A stretch of DNA of 64,000 nt from Basidiobolus meristosporus CBS 931.73 (lineage: Eukaryota; Fungi; Basidiobolomycota): positions 1 to 64,000 of the forward strand of contig MCFE01000308.1 of the NCBI GenBank assembly GCA_002104905.1. The letters are read 5' to 3'. The translations under genes and the position numbers were made by a program. The stretch's first letter is position 1; each line of letters starts with the position of its first letter. Under the pieces are notes generated by a model that ran no database searches, was not told where the DNA came from, and saw only the letters and a program-made list of their open reading frames with translations. Below are positions 25,933 to 37,209 of this stretch, in pieces.

Positions 25933-26829
25933 ATGTCTTTCAATATATACGTTCCGAGAAGGCGTCGAATCGCGCCAGAGGACAATTTCTTTGTCGAAGG
26001 GAATTTGGAAGCGAGGGGATGCTGGCTCTCTAAGCATGCTCGCATCCCTGACGAAGAGATAGAGAGAACTGTGGCGCAGTTGACTAAGTATGTATAATTG
26101 AGTATCGTTCTTTGCCTTGGCTTAACCTTGATATCTTTTAATAGAGAAGCCTCACTGACATTAGCTTGCCACGTCCCTCCATGTAATGGGCGATTGGTAT
26201 ATCCACACAATGCTGCTTATGAAGCTCATTACGAGGCAGTGCACAAACATGTGTGTCACGACTGTTCAAAAACCTTCCCTGGTTCTCGCTGGCTAGATTT
26301 ACACTTAGAAGAACGCCACGATCCTATATTTAAAATCCGCTCAGAGCGTGGAGAAAAGCTGGTAGGAGAATATAGCGAAACTCTAGACCAAACGTTATAT
26401 TGTTATGAACTCAAGCTTTTGTCACCTATTTAGTATCGTTGCTTCGTTATGGATTGCGAACGTAGATTCTCCGAGCCCAGAAAACGCAGGCTCCATCTGA
26501 TCGAAAAGCACAAATACCCCAAAAGTTTTAATTTTCGTATTGTACAGACTGGTCTCACGAAACGCTGGAAAGCTCCGAAGAGCGGTCGTTCCCACAAAAA
26601 AACAAGTGCCATGGAGATAGTCGAACCTGAAATAACCACGGACAGCACTTCTGATGATATGGATATCGTGGAACTAACTTCTTCGATGAACAGTCTTCGA
26701 ATCCCCAAAAACATCTGCTTTGGAAGGGGAGCCAAAACTGGTGGGTGGTTTGGACGTGGTGGAGGCATTGGGAAAAAGGGAGGTGGTAAAGGCAATGTGT
26801 CCGACCCCAAGCAGAACTCATCAACATAA
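25933..26829 (+). CDS. ZNF511-like C2H2 zinc-finger protein, 3 exons
   Basis: MSFNIYVPRRRRIAPEDNFFVEGN; fingers CHVPPC...HYEAVH, CHDC..FPGSRWLDLHLEERHD, YRCFVMDCERRF..PRKRRLHLIEKHKYPKSFNF. Introns GTATGT ~26088 and GTAGGA ~26363. Confidence 0.75.
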
Positions 26830-27334
26830 TCAACTAAACCATCCAAGCAGTAGTATGTTAACCTAATGTGCAATAATTCTTCCTACATTACCTCCCTCCC
26901 ATATCTAATCCAAGCACACTAATCTATATATCCTTGGAAGTTTACCACTAATTATGTTCCCTATCAATACAGCATCCAATGCAATATAATAATGCACTCT
27001 ACAGTATACTCATATATCCAAATCCAATGTGTTATGCCTAGTTCTAATGCCTTGCAAGTAGAAGAATAACAAGATGTAATTTTGTATGTCAGCCTATGCT
27101 ACAGGTTAGTTTATTCATAATCCATTTGTATCATGGAGGAACTAAACAGTATAGTTTATGATAAGTACTCCTACCTTGCTATACTTTGGATTTGCTATTT
27201 GACCTAACCGTTGCACTTCCACAGCATATATGAATATCTGTAAAGATCTATATCACTCAGCTATTGGAAGTGGTAACTTGGAAATGGTCGGGTAGGAAGT
27301 GTATTTTTCACCCATATGTTTACTGGGCAAAATT

Positions 27335-27668
27335 TGTTTTAAGAGTCTTGGTGATGGTGGAAGTGATTGGAAGAACAAGTGTATTATGTGGGTTTCAGTT
27401 GATGATATAGTGTGTATAAGGGTGGGATTTATGCTTATACAAACCCGTAAATATGCCTAAGAAGATCCCAAAAATATGTGGGCAAAGTTTTGGGGGCTTT
27501 TGGATCACTTCAAGAAATTTGGTGTTTTGGGTACCTGTCAATTTGGTGAAATTATTAGAATTCCAACAAAGAATTAGGGCAGGAAATAGTGAAGTTCATA
27601 AGCTATGATCTAAATGTAAATGACCAAGGCAATGTGGATATTTAGGCGCAAATAGAAAACCTACAGCA
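27335..27668 (-). mobile_element. Degenerate solo LTR, same Copia family
   Basis: Reverse complement starts TGCTGTAG...CCTAAATAT and ends CCAAGACTCTTAAAACA, like the LTR end at 63113. Confidence 0.65.
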
Positions 27669-28079
27669 TAATAATGGTATATATGCTTTTAGTAGGGTAC
27701 TATAAAGCTTCATATCAGAATGTGTTGGGGTGGGTTATAGAAAGATTTGTCACCGGGGTCTCTTTACTTGATCTGAAATGAATTTGCAATTGTCATTTGT
27801 TTTGGTGATCTTTTTGCTACAAGCAAATTACCCAAATATAAAGCTAAAAGTGAAAATGGCTCCAGAAGCATACTTGTAAATGCTGGAAAAACTTCAATCA
27901 CCTAGTAAATGGTAGCTTGCACCTGAACCACGCATATGCCTTAAGATTCTATTTAGCTTATTGCCAAATCATGAATTGTCTACTTAATATTTAGTTTGTA
28001 AGATATTGGCTAATCCTTAGTAATCTAAGGTAACCATCATATGATTATTAGGTCTTCACAAATTCCAAGTAGATCCCAA

Positions 28080-28426
28080 TGTTGTAAATTTCGCAACTAC
28101 ACCTAAATACTCACCTAACTTAGTCACTTAGATCATCACCTACAAATCTTAGAGAATACTGACCAAATTCCTTGTCGGGATTTACTTGGAATATTTCCAC
28201 AGAAACATCAGATACCCAGTACATGAAATATGTCAAAATTGTTCAAACAGCCCCAAACTTTGCACATATGTTCTTGGGACCTTGCTAAACATATTTTGCG
28301 CGTTTATTTGCCAAGACCATGTAAAAGTATAAACACTACTTTTACATTCAATAAATCATTAAGTGAAAACCACATAATCTACTTGTTCTCCCAATCACTT
28401 CCAATATCTCCAAGACTCTCACAACA
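28080..28426 (+). mobile_element. Solo LTR (347 bp), Copia family
   Basis: TGTTGT...ACAACA inverted termini, internal TATA-like AGTATAAA and AATAAA, same length as 20812-21158 and 63438-63784. No intact 5-bp TSD (cccaa vs tatat). Confidence 0.85.
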
Positions 28427-28737
28427 TATATATTATCAAGATATTTCAAACTCGCTCGAAAGCATCCTAACCTTGCACACGAGTTAAAAAATCCAATTAT
28501 GAAATTTTTGATGGAGGATGCTTGTGGTGAACTTTTGAATGTCTGTATGCAAAAATGTCGAACTTCAACCGAGTGCAATTAGACCATTCCGATAATATTC
28601 CGGCAACCTGGGAGTGAAGATAGAACATCCCAAAGACGCCCTATATACGGTAGAAGTTTTGATAGACCCCATTAGAACACTGTGTGAAAATCAGCAAAAA
28701 GCCAACTTAAATTAAGCTTACAGCTTTGAAAAAATTT

Positions 28738-28939
28738 TTGAGTTCTGTTCTTCTACTATTGAGAATGTACTCCACTGAGATTCATCTGCTGGAAGAGTGG
28801 TGTTTTTGATCCAATCATAATTGACATGGAAGTAGAAATCCTCCGAGGCAGCGGGCACCTGGGGTGGCAGGTCCTGAGCGTAGACATAGCTCACGTTGAC
28901 GGAAAATGACAGCATGAGGAGATGGATTGGCTTCCGCAT
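28738..28939 (-). pseudogene. 5'-truncated M13 peptidase copy (signal peptide plus about 45 aa)
   Basis: Nearly base-for-base identical to copy 2 (31511-31710) up to EEQNSK, then runs into unrelated sequence and a stop. The TATA-equivalent position reads TAAAAAA instead of TATAAAA. Confidence 0.9.
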
Positions 28940-29682
28940 TGGAATATTTAGTGAGTACAATAGGCAATGGGTGAATGCTGAAGACTAGTTGAAAGATGAG
29001 TGAAGTTTTTTAGTGTCGGCCTGGTTACCTATTTGATATTTAGCAGATGTTAACTCTTACTAAGCATCGGATCACCGATGAAAACTAAATAGAATCGTGG
29101 TTGAATCTGGGTCGATTCAGATATTTGCTTGTTCAGAAGCTTTTGTGACAGACGCTTTAGTATTGCTGAAACAAAGTCAACAAATACATTTAGCCAGTAG
29201 TTTTGGGCAACTTACAGTGTGTAAAAGTGGAGAGCTAGAAGGTTTACTTGTCCGTATGTTGGGTTCAGTTAAGGGATGTATGCTTTGAGGTGCACATCAT
29301 AGAACTAGTGATAAAGATGTTTTAAAGAAGGCCTCCGGAAGGTCATTTGAAAGCGCTTAATGTTTTGATAACTTCTAAGTGTCTTTATCGTCATAATTTG
29401 AATGGTTCATGTTGAAGATATCACAAAAGCCCTTGAACAAAGTTACCATCCGTCGACCTGATAACCCTACATCCTAACTGTTGTTAAACAACCAAACAAC
29501 CAACCCATATTCACTATGCGCAAATGCATTGAACACGCATGAAATGGTATGATTCAGGATTGGAATAGAATTTACAGGATGAGTATCAAGTTGACAAGGA
29601 CTTTAACAGAACAAAATTCGACATAACACAGGTAAGATACAAAAAGTTCATGAGTCATTTTGTTCACTTACACTCATGATAT

Positions 29683-31710
29683 TTACCAGATGTTAGCCCT
29701 TTCCGCTTCACTGCGATACATCTTATCTCCTTCCTTCACACCAAATGCATCGTAAAACTCTTGGAAGTTTGAGCATGGTCCGTTGACTCTCCAGATCCCC
29801 GGGGAGTGTGGGTCAGTACGAAGACGCAACAATGCCTCCTCCTTGCGAATGACATTCTTCCAAACTTGAGCATAGGCCGAGAAAAACTGTTGTTCTGGAG
29901 AAAGACCATCCACGGTGCCAACTGCTCCTGGGTTGTTCTTCTGCCATTCCTGAAAAGCCAGATAGGAGAGCTTCACTCCTCCAATATCCGCAATGTTCTC
30001 GCCTTGGGTCAGGTTTCCATTGACCTTGGCCCCATAGATCTCATAGCTGCTGTAGAGATCGACAACAATCTTCGCCCGCTTCTCGAACTCTGCTGCGTCG
30101 GTGGGGGTCCACCAATCCTCCAGGTTGCCTTGCGCGTTGTAGTTACGACCCTGATCATCATAGCCGTGGGTGATTTCATGCCCGATAACCGCCCCGATGC
30201 CTCCGAAGTTCGCGGCAGCATTTCCCCTGGGATCCTTCTCATCGGGTGGGTAGAAGAAAGGAGGCTGGAGAATTCCAGCTGGGAAGGCGATACTGTTGGA
30301 TGTGGGATCATAATAAGCATTCACTTCATAAGCAGTCATGTACCAGGTCGACTTATCGGTCGCAGAGTTGGAAGTATCTAGAACATGTTTGAAGCCTACT
30401 CCTGAGGCATTGAGAATATTAGAGAGCAAGGGTTGGCCACGAGATATTTTAACATCTGTATAGTTGTCCCATTTGTCTGGATAACCAATCTTGACATCGA
30501 GTCCCTTCAGTTTTTCAAGTGCACGCGCACGAGTCTCGGAACCCATCCACTCAATTGTCTGTAGGCGTGTTGCCAATGCATCCTGAATGAGGGTCACTAG
30601 CTCTTGAGCTTGTGCTTTGGCTTCGGGCTTGAATTTCTCCTGGACAAATGGCTGGCTCAGGGTATCGGGGATCTGAGAGCCGATCACACCTAACATAAAC
30701 TTCCACCGTGGGGATGGTTCACTTTGGCCTGAGAGAGTGCGTCCATAGAAGTCGAAATCTTGTGCTTCGTACTGCTGGCCAAGGTAGCTGGCACCGTAGC
30801 CAAGGACTTGCCACTGCAGGTATGTTCGCCAATCATCCGCATGGAAGCTGCTAAACAAGGTGTTGACATATCTTAGGAAGTTCGGGCTGTCCACTATCAC
30901 GTCACCATCACCGAAGCAATGCCCTTGCGGCCATCCCAGCGATTGGCAATAGGTGAGCCAGGGGAATGCCGGGGTGAGTGCCCGCAGTTGGTCGAAGGTG
31001 AGTTTGTTGTATGTGCGATACACATCTCGCATTTCAACGGATGATAGCGAGTTGTTGGCAAGGGCCGTCTCAAAGTCCAACACAACCTTGGCTTTGGCCG
31101 CACCATCCTTGACTTGGGCGAGGGTGAAGATCTTCTCAACATGCTCCTGATATTTCTGACGAATCTCAGCTTGATCCGGATCCAGGTAGTACTCTCTGCT
31201 AGGAAGTGATAGGCCACTCTGTCCAATGTAGGAGAGTGTCCAGGTCGAGTTTTTGCTATCAGGTTGGGCGCTGATTCCGAACAGAGGACTGCCCCCATGG
31301 ACGGAGATAAGAAGACTGTGGAGTTTGCCAATGGCTTTGGCGGTGTCATCAGGAGTGCGAACAATTGCCACCTGATTTAGCAAGGCTTTGATGGGATCTA
31401 AGCCCGATTGCTCAATCAGGGTAGTATTCATTCCCGAGGCATAGAAATCGCCCAGAAGGCTGGGTGTGGTTGAGTTTCCTGCCTTCTCCAGCAGGGTCAG
31501 GAGGACTTTTGAGTTCTGTTCTTCTACTATTGAGAATGTACTCCACTGAGATTCATCTGCTGGAAGAGTGGTGTTTTTGATCCAATCATAATTGACATGG
31601 AAGTAGAAATCCTCCGAGGCAGCGGGCACCTGGGGTGGCAGGTCCTGAGCGTAGACATAGCTCACGTTGACGGAAAATGACAGCACGAGGAGATGGATTG
31701 GCTTCCGCAT
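29683..31710 (-). CDS. Secreted M13 metallopeptidase, copy 2, intronless, 675 aa
   Basis: MRKPIHLLVLSFSVNVSYVYAQ; VNAYY, HEITH, GENIAD, DPHSP all intact. Confidence 0.95.
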   Translation of the reverse strand: MRKPIHLLVLSFSVNVSYVYAQDLPPQVPAASEDFYFHVNYDWIKNTTLPADESQWSTFSIVEEQNSKVLLTLLEKAGNSTTPSLLGDFYASGMNTTLIEQSGLDPIKALLNQVAIVRTPDDTAKAIGKLHSLLISVHGGSPLFGISAQPDSKNSTWTLSYIGQSGLSLPSREYYLDPDQAEIRQKYQEHVEKIFTLAQVKDGAAKAKVVLDFETALANNSLSSVEMRDVYRTYNKLTFDQLRALTPAFPWLTYCQSLGWPQGHCFGDGDVIVDSPNFLRYVNTLFSSFHADDWRTYLQWQVLGYGASYLGQQYEAQDFDFYGRTLSGQSEPSPRWKFMLGVIGSQIPDTLSQPFVQEKFKPEAKAQAQELVTLIQDALATRLQTIEWMGSETRARALEKLKGLDVKIGYPDKWDNYTDVKISRGQPLLSNILNASGVGFKHVLDTSNSATDKSTWYMTAYEVNAYYDPTSNSIAFPAGILQPPFFYPPDEKDPRGNAAANFGGIGAVIGHEITHGYDDQGRNYNAQGNLEDWWTPTDAAEFEKRAKIVVDLYSSYEIYGAKVNGNLTQGENIADIGGVKLSYLAFQEWQKNNPGAVGTVDGLSPEQQFFSAYAQVWKNVIRKEEALLRLRTDPHSPGIWRVNGPCSNFQEFYDAFGVKEGDKMYRSEAERANIW

Positions 31711-31769
31711 TGGAATATTTAGTAAATCCACTTGGGAAAGAGTGAATGCTTGAGATTGGGTCATGGATG

Positions 31770-31880
31770 TGGAGTTTTATAGTGTCGGCGAAAGCGCTTA
31801 CTTTCATCATTCACGATAGATCATATGGTAGATTGACTAATGCGGAGAATCGCAGTTACCAACTCTTATTAAGCATTAGA
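31770..31880 (-). promoter_or_regulatory. Conserved M13 upstream block (TATAAAA plus CGCAGTTACCAACTCTT motif on plus strand); equivalents at ~35195-35300, ~40040-40150, ~43290-43395
   Basis: Minus-strand TATAAAA at 31775-31781, 35199-35205, 40047-40053 and 43296-43302, each 66-70 nt from the ATG. Shared downstream-on-plus motif ATC(G/A)CAGTTACCAAC in all four. Confidence 0.6.
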
Positions 31881-33101
31881 TCAGCAACGTAAGGTGGGTA
31901 GAACCACTTGGCTACGTTGTGATCCAATTAACCGAGTATCCTCAGCAAAACAAGCGCTGAATCATGTTACGAAAATAGCAATTGGCTAGGAGAATGAGTA
32001 AATAGTGAATCAGCCTGCTAGAAATAGGATCAGCATGAAATCCATAAAATTGTTTATGCACGCTTAAAAACACCAACTTTTTCTATTCTTTTCATCATTG
32101 TAGATCCTTAGTAAAATTCGACACTGTATATGATCCAAGCAAAATCCCGAGTGGCAACAGTTGAGGCGTCATGGTTGACATGATTATTCGATTTAAAGGT
32201 TGGAATGTGCAGCTGGGTTTTCTCCATTGTTTCAAACCATGAAATGCGTTGGATCCAAGATGAACTAGTAATTATGAGTGAAGTATCGGTCAATTGACTC
32301 CCTTTTCATGGATTACCTTGGACTTTCATCACCCGCAGTGATTCGTGATTGGGTCAAGTAAATTGACAGGAATCCTGTCTGTAAGGTATTCACCGGTGTA
32401 AAATCTCAATTATTACAGCCTCGGCTTGGCATATTTTATTAGTCCGTGTCCACAAAGCTGAATAGTGCCCAAGATATAAAACCATATTTCCTATTTATAG
32501 AACACTTCTATTTATTCACACATTGGATTTTGAAGTAACAGTTACTAGCCAAATCTAGATTCAGGGTACTGTCATATGTTCTGAATCATCGACTCACTCT
32601 AGGTAATTCCTCATATTTCCCTTTCCAGGATGCCATTTTTGGACTCTCAAGATCCAACTATGTCTCAAAACTACCATGACGTATTGATCGTCAATAGTCA
32701 TGCGCTATCACACCTGTCAAGAAACCTATCGTTCTACATATTCCAATTTTTATTATTTGTTTGTCAATAAGATCCTCGGTAAGAAGTTGTGGAGCTGACG
32801 TACGTACTGGAAGAGTAGGCTAGTATGAAAACGCTAGGGCTAGACCGACCGGATAGAGCAGCCCGTCGTTATTAATAGATTTCCATTCGTAACCTATCAA
32901 GTTTAACTAAACTATAACCGGAAGTCCGAAGAATGTGAATCAGGCTCGACTGCTTTCACTTTGCAAGAATTTTACATAGGGATATTTATGACAATCTCGG
33001 GTTTACATTGAAATTCACATATAATGTTTTAGGTATTGTGGTTACAGATACATAGTTGTTTTTTTTCAAAATCTGAGTGACTTAACCTTCGCTAACAAGA
33101 T

Positions 33102-35129
33102 TTACCAGATGTTGACTCTTTCCGCTTCACTGCGATACATCTTATCTCCTTCCTTTACACCAAATGCTTCGTAAAACTCTTGGAGGTTTGAACAAGGTCC
33201 ATTGACTCTCCATATTGTTGGTGAGTGCGGGTCTATTTGAAGTGACAGCAATGCCAATTCTTTGCGAATGACATTCTTCCACAGCTGGCCAAAAGCTGTG
33301 AAAAACTGTTGTTCTGGAGAAAGACCGTCCACAGCGCCTATTACCCCTGGGTTTTTCTTCTGCCATTCCTGAAAAGCGAGATAGGAAAGCTTTAAACCTC
33401 CAATATCTCCAATGTTCTCACCTTGGGTTAGGTTTCCGTTGACCTTGACCCCATAGACCTCGTAGGTACTGTAGAGATCAATAAGAACTTTCGCTCGCTT
33501 CTCGAACTCTGCTGCGTCAGCAGGAGTCCACCAATCCTCCAGATTACCTTGTGCATTGTAATTGCGACCCTGATCATCATAACCGTGGGTAATCTCATGG
33601 CCGATGATTGATCCAATACTGCCAAAATTCGCGGCTACATTTCCGCTGGGATTATTCTCATCGGGAGGGTAGAAGAATGGCGGTTGGAGAATTCCTGCCG
33701 GGAAGTTAATACTGTTTTGCACTCCGTAATAGTAAGCGTTCACTTGGAAGGCAGACAGGAGCCACATCGATTTATCAGATGGTGAGTTGTAGGCTTGAAG
33801 ACCTTTCTTAAAGTTTAATCCGGAAACTTGGAGCACATTAGAGAGTAAGGGTTGGCCACGAGATATTTTAACATCTGTATAGTTGTCCCATTTGTCTGGA
33901 TAACCAATCTTGACATCGAGTCCCTTCAGTTTTTCAAGTGCACGCGCACGAGTCTCGGGACCCATCCACTCAATTGTCTGTAGGCGTGTTGCCAATGCAT
34001 CCTGAATGAGGGTCACTAGCTCTTGGGCTTGTGCTTTGGCTTCGGGCTTGAATTTCTCCTGGACAAATGGCTGGCTCAGGGTATCGGGGATATGATCGCC
34101 GATCACACCTAATATAAACTTCCAACGAGGAGATGGTTCACTTTGGCCTCGAAGAGTGCGTCCATAGAAGTCGAAATCTTGTGCTTCGTACTGCTGGCCA
34201 AGGTAGCTGGCACTGTAGCCAAGGACTTGCCACTGCAGGTATGTTCGCCAATCATCCGCATGGAAGTTGCTGAACAAGGTGTTGACGTGTCTTAGGAAGT
34301 TCGGGTTGTCCACTATCACGTCACCATCACCGAAGCAATGCCCTTGGGGCCACCCCAGCGATTGGCAATAGGTGAGCCAGGGGAATGCTGGGGTGAGTGC
34401 TCGCAGTTGTTCGAAGGTGAGTTTGTTGTATGTGCGATACACATCTCGCATTTCAACGGATGATAGCGAGTTGTTGGCAAGGGCCGTCTCAAAGTCCAAC
34501 ACAACCTTGGCTTTGGCCGCACCATCCTTGACTTGGGCGAGGGTGAAGATCTTCTCAACATGCTCCTGATATTTCTGACGAATCTCAGCTAGAGCAGCAT
34601 CCGAATAATATTCCCTGTTAGGAAGGGATAGGCCACTCTGTACAATGCGAGCAAGCGTCCAGGTCGAGTTTTTGCTATCAGGTTGGGCACTGATTGAGAA
34701 CAGAGGACTGCCTCCATGGACGGAGATAAAAAGACTGTGGAGTTTGCCAATGGCTTTGGCAGTGTCATCAGGAGTGCGAACAATTGCCACCTGATTTAGC
34801 AGGGCTTTGATGGGATCTAAGCCCGATTGCTCAATCAGGGTAGTATTCATTCCCGAGGCATAGAAATCGCCCAGTAGGCTGGGTGTGGTTGAGTTTCCTG
34901 CCTTCTCCAGCAGGGTCAGAAGATATTCTTTGTTCCGTTCTTGTACTATTGTGAATGCATTGCTCTGAGTCTGATCCGGTGGAAGAGTGGTGTTTTTGAT
35001 CCAATCATAATTGACATGGAAGTAGAAATCCTCCGAGGCAGCGGGCACCTGGGGTGGCAGGTCCTGAGTGTAGACATAGCCCACGTTGACGGACAAGGAC
35101 AGCACGAGGAGATGGATTGGCTTTCGCAT
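33102..35129 (-). CDS. Secreted M13 metallopeptidase, copy 3, intronless, 675 aa, most divergent pocket
   Basis: HEITH, GENIGD, DPHSP intact. Variant segments LLSAFQVNAYYYGVQN, GSIGSIIGHEITH, AFGQLW, LSLQIDPH. Confidence 0.95.
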   Translation of the reverse strand: MRKPIHLLVLSLSVNVGYVYTQDLPPQVPAASEDFYFHVNYDWIKNTTLPPDQTQSNAFTIVQERNKEYLLTLLEKAGNSTTPSLLGDFYASGMNTTLIEQSGLDPIKALLNQVAIVRTPDDTAKAIGKLHSLFISVHGGSPLFSISAQPDSKNSTWTLARIVQSGLSLPNREYYSDAALAEIRQKYQEHVEKIFTLAQVKDGAAKAKVVLDFETALANNSLSSVEMRDVYRTYNKLTFEQLRALTPAFPWLTYCQSLGWPQGHCFGDGDVIVDNPNFLRHVNTLFSNFHADDWRTYLQWQVLGYSASYLGQQYEAQDFDFYGRTLRGQSEPSPRWKFILGVIGDHIPDTLSQPFVQEKFKPEAKAQAQELVTLIQDALATRLQTIEWMGPETRARALEKLKGLDVKIGYPDKWDNYTDVKISRGQPLLSNVLQVSGLNFKKGLQAYNSPSDKSMWLLSAFQVNAYYYGVQNSINFPAGILQPPFFYPPDENNPSGNVAANFGSIGSIIGHEITHGYDDQGRNYNAQGNLEDWWTPADAAEFEKRAKVLIDLYSTYEVYGVKVNGNLTQGENIGDIGGLKLSYLAFQEWQKKNPGVIGAVDGLSPEQQFFTAFGQLWKNVIRKELALLSLQIDPHSPTIWRVNGPCSNLQEFYEAFGVKEGDKMYRSEAERVNIW

Positions 35130-35413
35130 TGGGATGTTTGGCGAATTCAATTGGTACTAGTTGAATGCTTGTGATTAGGCCAAGGACGATGAGTGGAATT
35201 TTATAGTGTCGGCCAGATTACCTCCTCACGGTTAATGATGAATCAGATGAGTGATTCTAGCTAGAGCGGAGGATCGCAGTTACCAACTCTTACTGAGCGT
35301 TAGATCAGTAATGAAAACTATATTGAATCACAAGTGAACCATCGGGGCCATAAGCCTGATAGGCATGGTATGATTCATTATGGAATGATCCTGAAGCCTA
35401 ATTGGCGGGAAAA

Positions 35414-35850
35414 TTAGGCAGCCAAGAGAATCTGGGCTGATGCAGAGATTTGCTTATGCAGATTAGAAACCGTGAGCCATGTGCATTTTCCCACACCATC
35501 AACGGTAAACGCTTGGCCAGTTTGATCAGCCTTCAACCAGAAATCACTCAACTGAGCCTTATCTGAGAGCACTCTGTCATCTGGGTATTCCATTTCGAAG
35601 GAGACGGTGGAACTAAAAGCAAAATATGATTGCTTATCATTGCTTGCGATCACTAGCCCGCCATGGATTTCGTCATGGCTGGCATATACTAGAATTTAGA
35701 ATCCAGGCTGAAACTTCTCCAATTGATCCACCGACAAGCGCAAATCCCCGCACTAGCCCGGTAGTCCGGGGTTTCATGCTTTGCAGTCAACGCTGTGACG
35801 CCGTGGATAAGCTTGATTCAACTATTGGCACTAGACGAGCAAGTGTACCG
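35414..35850 (-). pseudogene. Decayed unidentified ORF in spacer upstream of copy 3, homologous to ~43640-43930
   Basis: VPIVES...DLRLSVDQLEKFQ...YASHDEIHGGLVIASN aligns with VPIVDS...DLRLSMRLLEGFQ...YTSHTEIHVGLSIARN, with several synonymous third-position differences. Both have stops and frameshifts. Confidence 0.35.
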
Positions 35851-37141
35851 CTTATGCTATGATGTTGTGGAGCTATAGAACTGCGGATGTGATTGTTTTA
35901 TCCGAAGAAATTCGGAGGAAACCCTCACTATCGAAACGATTTAACGCCTACAGTGGAGCAGAACTGGTGATTGCTTCATCAGAGATAGTTTCACTTGCTA
36001 TAGTAAATCCCGAGTTACCACTCGCAAGGGTCGATGACTTCACGCCATTCTGATTGAGAGATTGATCTTCTCTGATTGTAATAAGCATCGGCATCAGATC
36101 CATCTTCAAACCATTTCTTGAATTATGTTGGTCTCATTCCAATTGACGTAGTTGCTTTTTACAGGGATGATTTAGCGCGCCAGAAAGGTATCGCTGGTCA
36201 TGTCGCGATGATGCAAATATGAGAACCCATGCCCGAATTGAAACAACAATATTGCCCAGGAGTGTATGAAACTGCGAGAGACCCAAGAGTCATGGTATTG
36301 CGAAAAGCCTCTGGTAATAGTCCTGTTCAGGTATGACAATCCATTATCTTAGTCCAGCAAGTCTCTTGACCCAACTTCAATTGAAATATACGTTTCCAAT
36401 CGCTGATGTTGAACCTATTACTTTAGGCAAGTTCAAGCCACGAGCAAAAATTGGCACCGGTATTTCTGCATCCTCATACAATTCTGACATCATGCAAGGC
36501 TGATCAATGTGCAGGCATCACCTCTACAGTATCTTCGATTCTTATTTATGAAGACCTACGGTTCCACCAATTCTTATCCTCAATTCCATCCCTTCAATGA
36601 TAACACATTTATCACAAACCTGTTCAAAATGATGATCACTGCGATTGATCTTTTGCCATGAACACCTGTCATGCCAACAGTTTACGGGCTGATTGTCATT
36701 TAGTTATATCCATATGTATGATGCTATTCCAGGTTTCTTGGATATAATTATGTTGCGTACTCAAGTACCATAAATGAGCACACCATGTCCCCTAGACCAC
36801 TTCCTAGATCCATTATGTGTATACAGTAAGATTCTATCAATCACTCCTGTGCCCACTCTCTCCTATTCTTAATTGTTCTAGTGATGGTCCACTATATTAC
36901 GAAGGTGGGAAAGCTGACCAAGTGGTTGGGGCTTCGAAGCGTATTATATGTTACCTGTTAGTCTAGGACCTTATGTGGTAAGCCAAGTCGAAGGAGGGGG
37001 GCTCAATAATCGGCTCCCCCAGATAGCACATTGCACCTTCTACACATATCTTAGGGTTAGGGTACAAAGAGAGATCTTATTCTTCTTTACAAACTCCCTC
37101 CACTTACACTTTCTCTAAATCTCCCCCGGATATTATTTATA

Positions 37142-37209
37142 TTTACAAGTTCAAGGCTTGGTCATTGACTCTTGACTAGGATATAATGACCAAGCCTTGA
37201 ACTTGTAAA
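37142..37209. repeat. Perfect 25-bp inverted repeat with 18-nt loop
   Basis: TTTACAAGTTCAAGGCTTGGTCATT (37142-37166) and its exact reverse complement AATGACCAAGCCTTGAACTTGTAAA (37185-37209). Confidence 0.95.

Noticed and set aside
37053-37066. TTAGGGTTAGGG telomere-like motif
   Set aside because: Only two units, which is expected by chance.
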